From Hemiscyllium ocellatum (taxonomy: Eukaryota), in NCBI RefSeq assembly GCF_020745735.1, contig NW_026867481.1:475291-539290 (forward strand): a DNA stretch of 64,000 bases. Direction: 5' to 3'. Below the pieces are notes generated by a model that had not been told where the DNA came from, did not search any database, and worked only from the letters and a program-made list of their open reading frames with translations. Positions 1-13,020 of this stretch are shown here, in pieces (within the stretch, counting starts at the first letter, position 1; every line of letters starts with the position of its first letter). Made by a program: the position numbers and the translations under genes.

Positions 1-325
1 ACATTCCAACATTCAGTCTTGTGAAGCATTGTTGCTCTCCCTCTGTGACAAATTTATCTTTGACAGATATTTTAAAAAATTCTAATCGTTTAATTTGAGC
101 TATATAGAATATTCCAATCTCAACAGCACTTATACGTTTTTAGCATGTTGTCTTCTCGTGACATAAGAACAAAGATTGACAGAACTCTTCGGTCATGGAG
201 AACTTCCAAATTTAGACAATTGAAGAAATATTCTAGTATTCTGTTTTACCTACCAAAGTGGCAGCATGAAAGTTCAAAGATGTGTAGACCAGATGAATTC
301 TCCATACTATGGATCACGCCATGGG

Positions 326-417
326 TCTCGGTGGGTTACTCTTTGGAGTGTCGATGTAGACTTGTTGGGCTGAAGGGCCTGTTTCTACACTGTAGGGAAT
401 CATATCTAATCTAATCT
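326..417 (+). mobile_element. 3' fragment of HE1-type SINE / CR1-shared tail
   Basis: ttgttgggctgaagggcctgtttctacactgtagggaat...(atcta)n tail, the same tail as the full SINE copies at 16388 and 35114. Confidence 0.7.
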
Positions 418-699
418 TCCGCATTATTTTATATATTCCAGGATCCATCCCTTATTCTGTTTCATCTGATTTCAAATCGTAATGCTATTTCCTTTCTTCG
501 GACGTTATCGGACCTGTTGAGTTTCTTGGTGTCATTCTCCCAGTTCATCTATCTCCATAATACGTATCCGACGATGCCAAGTACGGCAATGGAGCCTCCA
601 TAATCTCCATATTATTTCACAATGGAAGATTCCCCAGAAAGTTGTTGACTGGTCCGAACTAACTCACGTACTTCAGTCCTCAACTCTCTCTTCTATCCC

Positions 700-1320
700 A
701 CCACAGCGATCCAGTTCCCATTTTCCTGACTTGCTCTCCCACCTGTAACCATATCAAGATGATAATTAGCTGTCATTTTTGCCAGTGACATGCCACCACC
801 AGACACAAATCTCCGTCACCTCCCATATCAGCCCTCCCCAGGGACACTTGCCTGAAGGACATGCTGACTTCACACCCAACAAATCTGCCACCAGCCGACA
901 ACTTCACGAATCTTTCCACTACAATTACGGAATGTCTAGGTTTACTTCCGCCCTCCTTCGTGTCTAACGGCACAAGCACACCTTCCAGGTGAAGCAACGC
1001 TTTATCTGAACTTCTCACAATGTAGTCCACTGCATTCCCTCTTCACAATTTTGTCTCGTCTATATTGGGACAGCGAAGCATCGCCTGAGTGAGCGATTTG
1101 CAGAAAATCCACGTTCTGTCTGCGAAAAAGACCGGGAGGTTCTCGTTGTCGACAACTTCAATATGTCACCTTGCTTCCTGGCCAACATTTCTGTCTCAGG
1201 CTTGCTGAAAAGCTCCAGCAAAGTTCAGCGTAAACTGATAGAGCAGGACCTCATTTTCCACTTGGGAACACGACAGCCTTCTGAACTCAACGTGAAGTTC
1301 AACAACTTTGGGTCTTGAGC
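700..1320 (+). mobile_element. Decayed Penelope-like element (GIY-YIG region)
   Basis: Degenerate segment resembling the ...VYCI.C..C...YIGET.R.L..R..EH region (gtagtccactgcatt...tatattgggacagcgaagcatcgcctgagtgagcgatttgcagaa). Confidence 0.5.
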
Positions 1321-1582
1321 TCTCCGATATCCTCACATCGATCCCTCACATCAGATCTTGTTATCACATAGTCTGCTATTGGGTACGGCACATTCGGAGC
1401 CACAAGCGGTATTCAATAATAGCTACCCATCCTCCAAGCAGGATCGTTATCGACTAATTTGTCTGACTACATGTTCTTCTCTCCCTATGAGGTCTATCTC
1501 CAAATATTGTTTACACCTTATCAAATCCCTCACCCAATCGTCTGCATGCAAACCAAAATTTTCATAGCTACTCTCTGTTTTA

Positions 1583-3645
1583 AGGAAGTGACGGATGCAG
1601 GTATATTTACAACACTTAAAATGCATTTCATTACGTGCAGGAACAGGAAAAAATTGAATGGATGCGTTGCTATCCAAAGCATGTGGGAGAGTTTAACTGG
1701 GGAATATCGTTGACGTGGACGAGTTGGATTTAGGGGTGCTGTATTACTTTCTGACTCTGGGATATTTAACGTTGGACAGAGGATTGATTATGTCCCTATT
1801 GATAGTGCACTTGACACTGCATTTCTAAACCATCATCCGAAATTTTCATAGCTGTGTCTGTTTTGAGGATAAATGATAATTTCTGACAAGTTAACTCTGA
1901 TTTCCCTCCACAGATTGCTGACAGTTCCGCTGAGCGTTTCGAGTAATTTCAGTCTTTTTATTTTGTTTCTGTTGACGTTCTACATCAATTTCTCTGTTCG
2001 TTTCACTTTCCAGGATCCACAGAATTTTGCTTTGAAATTAGATTTTAACTAGTTTAACAAGCTCCAACCAGATCCAGGTAGAAAAATGCAGACAATGGAA
2101 AGCATATTCAAACTATGAAGGGGCTAAAGACAATATTTCAGTCTTCTTGACATTTAATTGGAGAAAATTTCTCTTTAGTCACTGCCTCAGGACGTTTGAC
2201 ATATTGGACTGCAGTTTGGAACTGAAGGAAATTTGTTTCTATCGTCCTTCAAGATGGTAGAATTTGAAGGAGGAAGAGATTTTGTCCTTACTTGGATCAA
2301 ATTGAGATGTTCACCTCTCACTCACACCCCTCCGACAGAAGGCAGAGCCTGGTGTCATTTCAGATCAGATGACAAGTCACTGTTGGAGACGGTCTTTGTA
2401 AATCTGTTTGTTTTTTTTTGTAACAATACATCGGTTTCGATGATCACTTTCTTTTGATGTCAGCCCCAGATATGACCAGAATACTTCAGCATAATTTTGC
2501 GAGTTGCTTCTAGCTAACTATAGGTCCTCTCTCATTGGCTTTTGCTTTCTGTCTAATCAATAGAACAGATCATTAGAAGATGAGGACTTGTAGCAGAGTA
2601 AGTCAAAGCAAACAAAACATTTGGATCTGACAGACGATTTCATTAATTATTTTGCGGATTTTGAACTTGGGACACAAAAGTACGGTTCCCAACAACGATT
2701 AACCGGACATGAGAACCTTCATTCATGGATTTCTTTAAATTCATCTTAAGTTGCGGTTGCATCAAGAAACAATTATATTCTCACAGTCTGCATGTTGATT
2801 ACTGCATCTGACCAATTCATCGTTGATGTTTTAGGAAACTGACTTAATTGTTGCTGAAATGTCAAGTTTCATTTTTAATTCTATACTCGGGTACTTTAAT
2901 CCTGTCGCTGTCCCCATTCAATCATTTGTTGTGACTGAGTGCTTCAAAAGCTTTTTCGCATGCTAATTGTTGGGAACTTTGGATGTAATAGTCGGGATGG
3001 CTTGTTGATGTCATACAGAATGTTGATGCCTCTTCTGGAGAACTATGTGCAGTTTTAGTTGCCCTGTTGTCGGTAGGATATTCGTAAATTGTTGAAGGTT
3101 CTGAAAACCACGAGTTTGTCAATAATACCGGTAAAGGATGTGAGTTGAGTTAAACAAGTAAGCTGGACAGCTCGGACGCCCATAAATTTAGCGAAGGAGT
3201 TTGAGGGTTGACATTGTAGAGGTTTCCTTTTTAAAATAAAGAGGGGCATAGCAAGGCTTTTATTCCATCGGATGGGTGATTCCAAAAGTAGAGTGCATAT
3301 TTTTAGGGGGAGAGGAATACATTTCAAAAACGAAATAAGGGTCAACCTTTTAACATAAAGGGTTGTTCATATGTGAAAAGAACCGCAGGAGGAAGTGACG
3401 GATGCAGGTATATTTACAACACTTAAAATACATTTCTTTACGTGCAGGAATAGGAAACGTTTGGAGGGATGTGTTGCTAGCCAAAGCATGTGGGAGAGGT
3501 TAACTGGGGATTATCGTTGACGTGGACGATTTGATTGAGGGGTACTGTATTATTTTCTGACTCTGGGATATTTAACGCTGGACAGAGGATTGATTATGTC
3601 CCTATTGATAGTGCATTTGACACTGCATTTCTAAACCATGATCCA
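1583..3645 (+). repeat. ~260 bp direct repeat pair (1583-1840 and 3390-3645)
   Basis: Near-identical blocks aggaagtgacggatgcaggtatatttacaacac...gacactgcatttctaaaccat at both positions. Confidence 0.9.
2990..3530 (+). mobile_element. CR1-type LINE 3' fragment
   Basis: Degenerate match to the LE.CVQFWSP.YRKD...LERVQ.RFTR region seen intact in the 53792-54403 ORF. Confidence 0.6.
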
Positions 3646-4313
3646 GTTTTGACACAGCTGAAAGTCTTCCTCACGATATTGCACGGGGCCCTGAACCCAA
3701 GCATTTGGAAACACTCTCCTCCATTCTTGTTCACCAGGTCAAACGATGTGTTCGTCAGAATACAACATCACCAGAATTTGCATGTGAATGTCTTCTTCTC
3801 AGGTTCTCTCTCTTGTTACCTAACAACGGTTTCAAATTATTCAGAGTTTAATCCTCAAAAATATTACATGGATCTATAATTTAAAAACTAAACTGCTTCC
3901 CAATCAACACATACATATAAATTATTCTAACACTAAAGGTGCGTGGAACAGCTGAAGGCATTCAAGAGAAGCAAACACTGTGGTTTACATAAAATACTGA
4001 ACCCGAGTTCAGGATCTGGGCCATCACTGACTGCACTTGATCGATAATAAAAGAAAAACAGGAAACACTCATGGGGACAACACGACCGCAGAATTTGCAA
4101 GGGAAATGGGAATATCCTCTTTGCTAAATTTGTCAACACAAAGGAAGAAACCGAAAGCCCAACCTTTTCGTTGATCTAAATATAACCAAACGTGCAGTTT
4201 GTGACTTCATTGTCCCTGTGGACTCTGTCATTCGAAATAAATGAGGGAACGCATATTCGTTTCAAAGAGTAAGGCTGCACAATTGCTGCAATTCCTTTAG
4301 TGTATGAAGGACA

Positions 4314-4383
4314 ATGCACGGACCAGCGAATGGCCCTATCTTTGCCATATGTTATCCTATTCTCGCTGCAATTGGTGCCCCTG
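4314..4383 (+). CDS. Exon 1 of class A GPCR gene A (GPR139/GPR142-like family)
   Basis: ATG...MHGPANGPIFAICYPILAAIGAP+G then GTTAGT donor (phase 1); homologous to exon 1 at 49430-49361. Confidence 0.85.
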
Positions 4384-5811
4384 GTTAGTAATGGCTCCGA
4401 TGCACCCTGTTTTTTTAAAATATATATCTCCAGAAGTATTGTCTCTTTCCTTTCAGATTTGTACTGAATGTATTTAACATTCTGTGATTTCTGTGTAATC
4501 GGGGTTCAATCACGTCCTAATTTACTATTTGCATTACATGATATTTTGGGGTGTTATGTCTAGTATTGAATACATTACTTCATTGCACTTGTGTTCTGGG
4601 CATTAGCGAATGATAGTCAAATTATTGTGATGCATCCCTATATGAAGACCGCTAAGTAATTTCGGGGGAACAATTGGTAATGTCTAACTTTGAATTAGTC
4701 TGAAGTTGTTGATCATTATATCCTATCCTAATGTAGCAAAGTCAAATCTTCTGTTTTCATATCTGCGGGAATAATGGTGTATCACAGTGTAGGACATAAT
4801 TTGCTTTTTTAATTATTGGTCCAGAAAATGAATAGTTAGAATGCCATCATTACATCATATAAAACGAAAAGTTTTAAGTGATTATACGAGTGTCCAGCAC
4901 GTCATCTATTCACAGTTTAACGAAGCCACGATACGAAATCCCAGTAGTGAACGTGGTTTTAGACATTTTTAATAGCACCATTTGAAAGGTCTGAATGGTG
5001 ATCCAAGATTCGCCATTCTAAGCAATTGTCTTTTTATGATAATTTTTTGTATGCTTATATGTTTTTATGTTTAACAATTACGTGGGTATAACTGTTGGTG
5101 GTAACTGCAACAGTAATGTTTTACTTTCACTTTGGAATGTAGTTTCACTTGTCCCTTCAGAGCTTCATTTGGTTTCATGCAGACCTTTACATAAGGGGGA
5201 ATACGATTATCAGGTTGAAAAATGGGAGTTTTAAAGAATTGGCTGAAGAGCAAAAAAAATAGGCTCACACCTGGGGACAGAATTAGAAGTTTGGGCCTTG
5301 ACACGACTGAAAGGACAAATGTGCTGGAGATGCCCAAGGCCAGAAAGTAGGCATCAGGCGATCTCAGATGGCTTTGGTTGCGGAGGGGATGCGGGTGACT
5401 ATGGTATGTGTTTTTTTTTTCAGTTTGAAGAGTAGGATTATCTTACGGTGATAATGCTGGAATTCAAGCCAATGTAGTTCAGCATGAATAGACGTTGATG
5501 GATGGATTTGATGCAATAAGTACACGGTTTTGCAAATGTATCCATTCAGGTTAAACTGGAAAGCCAGCTACACGGACTGATTGAGTCACTGTTCTGCATT
5601 GTTAGTGGTAGCGACAAATTGAAATGACTTTTGTCACGTCCAGTATTTTAACGCACATTTGAATAGTGAACAAATATGATTTGCTTTACAATATTACAAG
5701 TCTGGAGGTATCTAGGGGAGAAATCTGAAAGTTTCTGCAGAAGATTGACTGGGAAAGTAGCTTGTGTTTATATTTCACTCGAAGATATTTCGCTCTTTTG
5801 ATGTCTTACAG

Positions 5812-6713
5812 CTAATTTGGCAACGATAGTGATCCTTTTCCAAACACGGTGCGGTCTGTCTCGTGGTATCACCTACTACTTACTGTCAATTGCAGTAACT
5901 GATTTCATTGTCATCATTGTCGCTGTCATAATCAATCGGATTGGGAGCATTTACTTTAGATACAGCCTTCTATCAACCACCCCTGGGTGCAGAATCAGCA
6001 CTGTTTTGGTCTATATCAGCCGGGACAGCTCCGTTTGGTTGACTGTTACATTCACCCTCGACCGTTTTGTTGCCATCTGCTGCCAGAGCCTGAAGACCAG
6101 ATACTGCAATGAGAAAATTGCGTCAGTCATCATAGGAATTGTCTGTCTACTGAGCTGTATCAAGAACGCCCCTTTCTTCTTTATCTACCAGCCCTTATAC
6201 ATTCTGGACGGGAAGCCCTGGTTCTGTGACTTAAAGTCCAGTTATTATACCTTGCCGGCCTGGAAGTGTTATCAATGGATGGACCACATGCTGACCCCCT
6301 TCCTCCCTTTCATCCTTATTCTCCTGTTCAACGCCCTGACTGTTAGACACATCATAGCAGCCAGCAGAGCACGGAAAAGACTTCGAGGTTCTGAGAATTC
6401 CAATGATGCTGAGTTGGCCAACCGCAACAAGTCCATTGTCTTGCTCTTCACAATTTCGCTCAGCTTTCTACTTCTCTGGGCCACCTACGTCGGACGATTC
6501 CTCTTCGTCCAGTTTACAGGAGAGGGTTATTTTGGCGGACTGGATTTTAATGATCCACAATTTATCCTTCAAGAAATGACCAACCTGCTTCAGTTATTCA
6601 GTTCTTGTAATAATGTATTCATCTATGCAGTGACCCAGACAAAGTTCCGACAGGATCTAATGAAGCTGCTGCTCTCTCCTTACACGTTCTTCAAACGTTT
6701 TATTAAACGATGA
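5812..6713 (+). CDS. Exon 2 of class A GPCR gene A; spliced product 323 aa, intact
   Basis: ttacag|CTAATTTG acceptor in phase with exon 1; 7-TM pattern, AVTD (TM2), DRF (DRY), WFC in ECL2, NNVFIY in TM7; no stops. Confidence 0.9.
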
Positions 6714-6777
6714 AAATAGCAACAAAAGCAATGAGAACCCATCCACGTTATTTGTGTTCTAAGTCTGTGGTTTCCCA

Positions 6778-6778
<1 letters not shown>

Positions 6779-6831
<53 letters not shown>
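6779..6831. repeat. (CT)n(CA)n compound microsatellite
   Basis: Direct reading. Confidence 0.95.
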
Positions 6832-6833
<2 letters not shown>

Positions 6834-8539
6834 ATGTCCTTGTACTCAATTGTTAGGTCAATTCCCAACCTGTGAAAGCTTATGTTAACAGAAAAAAATG
6901 AAAAAAATAGATCAAACATTGGACGTTCTGAGTGTTTCGTTAAGATGCCACACAACTATACGCTTTCATGGCCATTATTTCAGCTACCCTGTTCTCGGGA
7001 CCGATATTTGTAGCTTCAATCCCTTCCTTTCCCTCTTCCATTCCGCCGTCCAATCGTCTTACCTTTATTTCCTGTCTCTATTTGTCCGAAATTCCTAAAC
7101 TCTCCTTGTCGTTTTCCTTCAACATGACCCAGAAGAAAACCCATTAACCTGGACGAAGCTTTAGATCTGTGCCTTCAATAATAAGAAGGGCGGTTTTATT
7201 ATTTTTGTTACCCACTATACAATCGACATGATGGGGATAAAGGTTAGAATTTCAACGGAAGCATGTCAGACAAACAGATGGAACGTCTCCAGTCCAAAAT
7301 GACTGTTCTTTACGTTGCATCATTTTATCTTGTTCGAAAGGAAGCAAGGGGTGATCCATGGACAAGAAATTTCCAGACAACCAGTGGGCCAACATTAGAC
7401 CACAATAAGGAACTCAACTAATACTGTGGGTACGGATAATGTTATTCCAGAAATTCAAGTAAACATTTCACTCCAAGGTTTGTGAGCATTTTCCCCACGA
7501 CCTCCACATTTCTCCGAATATATATTGAAAAACAACTGGATATGAACAAGAACAAACAATTAAACTAAGCAGTTTCTTGTCACTCGGTGAGCGGCTCTCA
7601 GAAATCCTCTATTTGAGTTGATACTACTGTCAGTTTGGAGAGTGCTGTGCTTTACCACCTTCTCCCTGTCTAAATCCCGAATGATAGTGCAGTGACACCA
7701 AGCCATCAGCGGATGGTAACAGTTCATTACTTTGAACAGAAGAGAAACACGGGGAACGATTGCTTTTATTTAATCATTTTGATTCATTGAATCCCCAGAT
7801 TGGTAATATTTCATTGCAGACAGAAATGAATTCGCAGCCAACACCGACGCAGACACTTACACACGGATACTTGAAAGAGACATATCAATAGATAAACTTC
7901 TAGATGCACAACTAATAATAAAAACAGCGATATACACAACAGGGAGACACTTATAGACATCTACCAACGTTTTGCTTTTGGAATTTGATGCCCATTGCCA
8001 CACAGTGATGCAATGTTAGCGGTTATCAAGATACAACAAACACTGGCGTTTTGCAGCGAACTCGGCCTTTATTGCAGCTTCTGTTCTTTTTTACTTCAGT
8101 TGTAAAGCCAGAGAAGCAAAAACTGAACGACTGACTTCTGCCGCAATAGTCCTTAATATTCCCCGAAGAATCGGCATCTGCCAGTCACAGAAGGAGGCCT
8201 TTCAGTCTTCAGGAGCATTGCTTTCTCTGAACGGAATGATTCTTGTAATCGTACTCTCCGAAACTTCCAGAAGCCTTCCATATATTAACATTTCGAAAAC
8301 TCCCAAATCCTCTTTCGAAATGATATTAAATATCTTCCAGCTCCTTATCAATTAATTTGTTTCACTGCAGAATCACGCTCTTCAAAGCTGGGAAATCCGC
8401 AATCAGTTCCCAATCGTTTTGACAATTTGACACATATTTGGAAAGTGGCAATATGAAAGTTGCTCTTCCAGAGTGTGGGAGCAACGGTTTGGAACATTTG
8501 TGCCTCTAATTCTCCAACACTATCATTGTGATGCTTATC

Positions 8540-8815
8540 GACAGCGAGTTTGACTGTGTGAGAATTTGACAATGTGATTGTGAGAGAATATATGTGAACC
8601 TGAGAGCTGGTCTGAGAATTATTATTACAGTGTGAGAGTGAGTGTGAATCAAAGATAATTTGTGTTTGTGAGATAAAGAGAGTTTGTATTTCCTTGTGAG
8701 TGAGTCAGAGCTTTTCTGGGAGTACATTTGATGAAAAGAATATGAGAGAGATACAGTGCACCTTAGTATGTGTGAGAGATTGAGAATGAATTTGGCAGTG
8801 TGAGAAGGAAGGTGT
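8540..8815. repeat. Degenerate (TG/GA)-rich low-complexity tract
   Basis: Repeated gtgtgagag/tgtgaga units. Confidence 0.6.
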
Positions 8816-10379
8816 ATGCTTTCTCCACAAGTACTTCTGAATCTCTGAATTCATACTGGTAGTGACTGCTCGCCTATTCCAATCAGGCGTTTTCACGATT
8901 ATCTTGACTGTACACACACTAACTGGCCAACAAAAATATTCGGTAGTTTATGTGAACTGATTGAAACAACAGCTTTTTAAAAATAAGCTTAAACTGGTGA
9001 CAGAGCAAGAACATTTACCTGATCCCACAGTGGGAGAGAGTTTACTCAGTCGTCAGATTTAGTGAGGCATTAGCGAGCTTACCAGTGATGGTTGGGTTAT
9101 TATTGCATGCAGTTACGTTCGGAATTGAAACATTTTGAATCTGAGTGTACGGAAATTTACTTAAACCCACTGTCCTGTTCAGACAACTGGATTTCATATG
9201 TTTTCTCTCAATGGGATTCTGGTTTTTTTTTTATCCACTTCTTTTGACTGATTGATCTGTTTAAAGCAATTTCCGGCAAAGATATGAAACATGTTATGTT
9301 TCAATCAAAACATCTGCAGCCATACAGAGTCATGTCAATACAGAGTTCACATTGGATTGAGCAGAACGCGTTCAAGGTGACATCATTTTCATTCAGAAGC
9401 AGAACATGCAAAACTTCTCCGAAAGACTTTCTAGCGATTGACCGATTGATAAATGTCAACATGTGTCACAAAAACCCCTGAGAACTCCTTTCTTCTTCAA
9501 TCCATCCATCAGGTAAAATCCCCATTTATTTCCAATATAATCAATCCAGAATTTCTATCTGCTGGGAATTGAAATGTGAATGGCATTCGAGGACAAGAGA
9601 TCAGTCGTGATTTTATTGAGTGGAAGAGCAGTATGGTCTCATTCTGCTCCTACATCATTTGTTTGCATATATATTAGTGAATTACACAATGGATAAACCC
9701 AATGTTATACCTCCAGAATCATACATTAGTAAGGATAAACAAGGAGATAAACAGCTAAAAGTGTCCTACCCAAGCCCTTAGAATTAAGGAGCTGTTGCAA
9801 AAGTAGGTATATCCATTAAGTTAATGCAGGTAGCTATTCGCCCCTGAAAAGCACGATTACAGTATACCCTTGCGCTAAATATTTGCTTGAGTCACACGTA
9901 AGCTGCTCGGGGCGTTAAAGATTGTGTGTGGGAATGGATGTCTGATGGACTCCAGTAGAAATAGAATGAGAAGACATTGCATGAGTAAGTGATCATGGAA
10001 CACGTTGATCATTCTAATTAATTATCGCACTTACACATTCAAAATACACGTGATGGTAGAAGGTCATTTGTGTGATGATGCCGCTACCAATGTTCCCAAA
10101 CCAGCTTTCGGTTGTGGGTTCCTTATTGCTTGCTGCATGTACAATCTATATAAATGAGAATGTGGGGGGTGGATGAGGGAATTGGTAGCTAAGTTTGCAA
10201 TGATTGAAAACTTGGCTGGTTGGTTGACAGCAAGCATTAAAGTCATAGTTTAAAGGCGGATATAAACAGATTGATCATGTAGTAGAACAGTAGCAGATGT
10301 GAATTGTCCCAAAATAATTATGAAAGGATATATTTCGAAAGAAGCAAATAAAGACAAGGAAATGTTAAATGAATGTTAG

Positions 10380-10900
10380 GAAACTTGGAATCTCAGAGGA
10401 ACGAGGAATCTTGGTGTGTTTGTCGACAGATCGCTGAAGACAACATGGAAGTTTCTTCAGGCAGTTTAGAAGGCAAAGGGGACTCTTGCCTTTATGATTG
10501 GAAGCATATATTACAACAGCAGTGAGGTTATATTGAAGCTGTGCAGGACTTTGGTTGGGTCACAGCTGGAGTATTATGGGTATTTCACTTCTCTTTGGGA
10601 GTAATATGATCGCAGTCGAGGTAGACCAGAGTTAGTATAACTTAGTGGGAGTATGGATAGAATGGATACAAAGCAGCTATTCCCCTCAGTTGGACGATGA
10701 GTTAAAATGAGGCATCATTTTAAAATGAAAGACAGGTGGCTCAGAGGGGATTTCGGGTAAAAAGAAATCACCCAGAGAGTGGTTGCTTGAGTTGAGGTCG
10801 GGAAATTCAAAATTATCCAAACATAACTTGGAGGAGAGTTGAGTTTCGTGCTGCAAAGTATAGAATCAGCGTATTTTTTCGGGTATACTCCTGATGGGCT
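10380..10900 (+). mobile_element. Decayed CR1-type LINE 3' fragment
   Basis: aggaatcttggtgtgtttgtcgacagatcgctgaag...tgtgcaggactttggttgggtcacagctggagtatt, homologous to the CR1 ORF2 C-terminus. Confidence 0.6.
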
Positions 10901-11197
10901 GAAAACACTATTCTGAAATAGATGATTCAACGGTTTTGTTTTCTTGAAATTATGATGGTAAGAGGAAATATAAAACGTGCTGATGCATGCTGGACGGGCG
11001 GTTTAACAGTGTGATAGAATCGGTAATGTCTCTTTTAGGGTCTTGGATATTTCAGGCTCTTCTGCAAAAATATCTGTGACAGATTGATTCCAGGATACTT
11101 TGGTTTCGTGATAGCCCTGCCACTGACCGCTAAATGCTGTGCTTTACTTTGGAGTTGAAGTTTTTTTGTGATTCTGAACAAACCACACATCTCTATG

Positions 11198-11649
11198 AGG
11201 GAGAACCACAGAAAGTTTTCAGCAATTTTGTAAAGAGTTCAGATATTTTTTCTATTATTTTGAGGATGAAAGCTCGGACATATACGGCATTGTCATCAGC
11301 TGCCGCCCCAAAATGGTTAAACTGGTGAGTTTTATTCTGGTTCTGAGTTCTGCAGAGAAGCTCCTTATCTAGTTGTTGCCGTTACCAATACAGATAATAG
11401 ATGCTTTCTGTTGTACTGGAGGTGCATCTCAGAGTCATTGCTTCACGCTGTCTCCTACTCTCAGAAGGCTGAGACTGAGTTATGTAATTACCGTCATCCT
11501 GTTTTGTAACATGTTCAGAAGGAAGAAAACACTGTAATGAAAACTTCACTCGAATAATTATGCACTTATATTTTGAGCACGAAAACAATGGACTATTTCT
11601 TACCGACAATGAGAATTATGAACAGAAGTCAGGTGCGGAATATCCGCGT
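11198..11649 (-). pseudogene. TCR alpha/delta V pseudogene with leader
   Basis: Leader 11649-11604 (ACG start, internal stop, LLFIILIV-G|gtaag). V exon ~11498-11198: GNYITQSQPSESRRQREAMTLRCTSSTTESIYYLYW*RQ...AFILKI...FC. Decayed RSS CATAGAG (11197-11191) followed by an A-rich nonamer-like tract. Confidence 0.8.
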
Positions 11650-11703
11650 GGCTGCTGCCGATTGACAGTTTCCACTAGAAGAGTCTCCTATGGGTTGAAT
11701 GAC

Positions 11704-11720
11704 ACTTCCTGATGTAATAG
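11704..11720 (-). promoter_or_regulatory. Possible Ets + CRE-like promoter motif upstream of the V pseudogene
   Basis: Minus strand ttacatcaggaagtg about 55-70 bp upstream of the leader; short motif that could be chance. Confidence 0.3.
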
Positions 11721-12159
11721 TTCGCTTCCAACTGTGTAATCCCAGGTGCAGACACCAAATATTGAATTGAGTTTCAGATTAAGACCTGGTCACCTGCAGT
11801 TTTGTCCCACTGTATAGTCTCTCTGATTGTCAAGAGTTCTGACAAGGAGTCTGCTAATCATCTCTGAAAGTAAAAGCAGCAGCACAAATATAACAGGCAG
11901 ATAACAATTCAATGGAAATGGAGATTGGAAATAAATAGTGGAGCAGAAACTTCGTAAAAATTTGGAATAACTGAGGGAGTGTTTCACGTCAATGTTTCCA
12001 GTCTTGGCTCCATAAACAAAATTCAGATAACTGCCTGGAGAAAACATGGATTAGTAGGAACTCGAAGAATGCAGTTATCTTCCGTTCGACTGGAATTCCC
12101 CTTCACATGTTTCACCAGAAAGGTTTGGCGGAGGAGGGGTGGGGGAGCAAAGGGTCATG

Positions 12160-13020
12160 CCTTCGATGTAACCTACACGAAAAAAAAACAAAGCAACGTG
12201 CCTTAAAAATACGAAAATGCACAAGGAGGCAAACACATATAAAACCACACATGCGCAACATTAAAATTCAGATGCAGACAACGTTGAGTTATGCTTCATG
12301 AACATTGATACAAAAGGAATGAGACATCGATACTAAATGCTGTTCGAGTCATCAATAACCTCATCTCATGAGCGAATGAAGAAAATGTTATTGCATTACT
12401 TCAGAGGAAGAATCTTGGAGAAACGTTATGAAAACGCCTATGTGTTTAGCAGATACCTGGCATAACACTTTTTTTGAGAAAAGAAAATAATACACTTGAC
12501 CTAAGACAGGCAAAAAAAGAAATTGACCACCGTGAACAAATATTGTCACCCATTCCCACGCACATATCGAGTTGGTTATTCATCAGAAACACTAAAATTA
12601 CTATGCACAAAGACACACGAACAAAGGAACTTGAACATTTATATAAAAAGTACTTAACACAAAAGGACGCAGGCATACTATTCACACAGACACACAGGCA
12701 GAACAATATCCTCAGGAACACACATTTATCACACGCAATGATGCACATGCTACCCAATACAGCTAAACTGTGCAAAAAAAAACACAAAAATGCACACAGA
12801 CATAGCGCGAGACATTGTGTGGCATATGAGTTAAAATTAAAAAGTATTGAAAGTTAAGTACACAGATGCACATAATTGCACGAAAGCGCAGACACACACA
12901 CTATCAGTTACCTTTCTGCAGACTGATGCAATGTGAAAAAAAAGAAACACAGGCACAGGTGCAGTCTTGCAAAAAGAGAAATGTAAAACATGTGCACGAC
13001 TGCACTTATCCATGATAAGA
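12160..13020. repeat. Degenerate AC-rich low-complexity region
   Basis: Dispersed acacac/cacaca units; the ORFs here are compositional artefacts. Confidence 0.6.
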
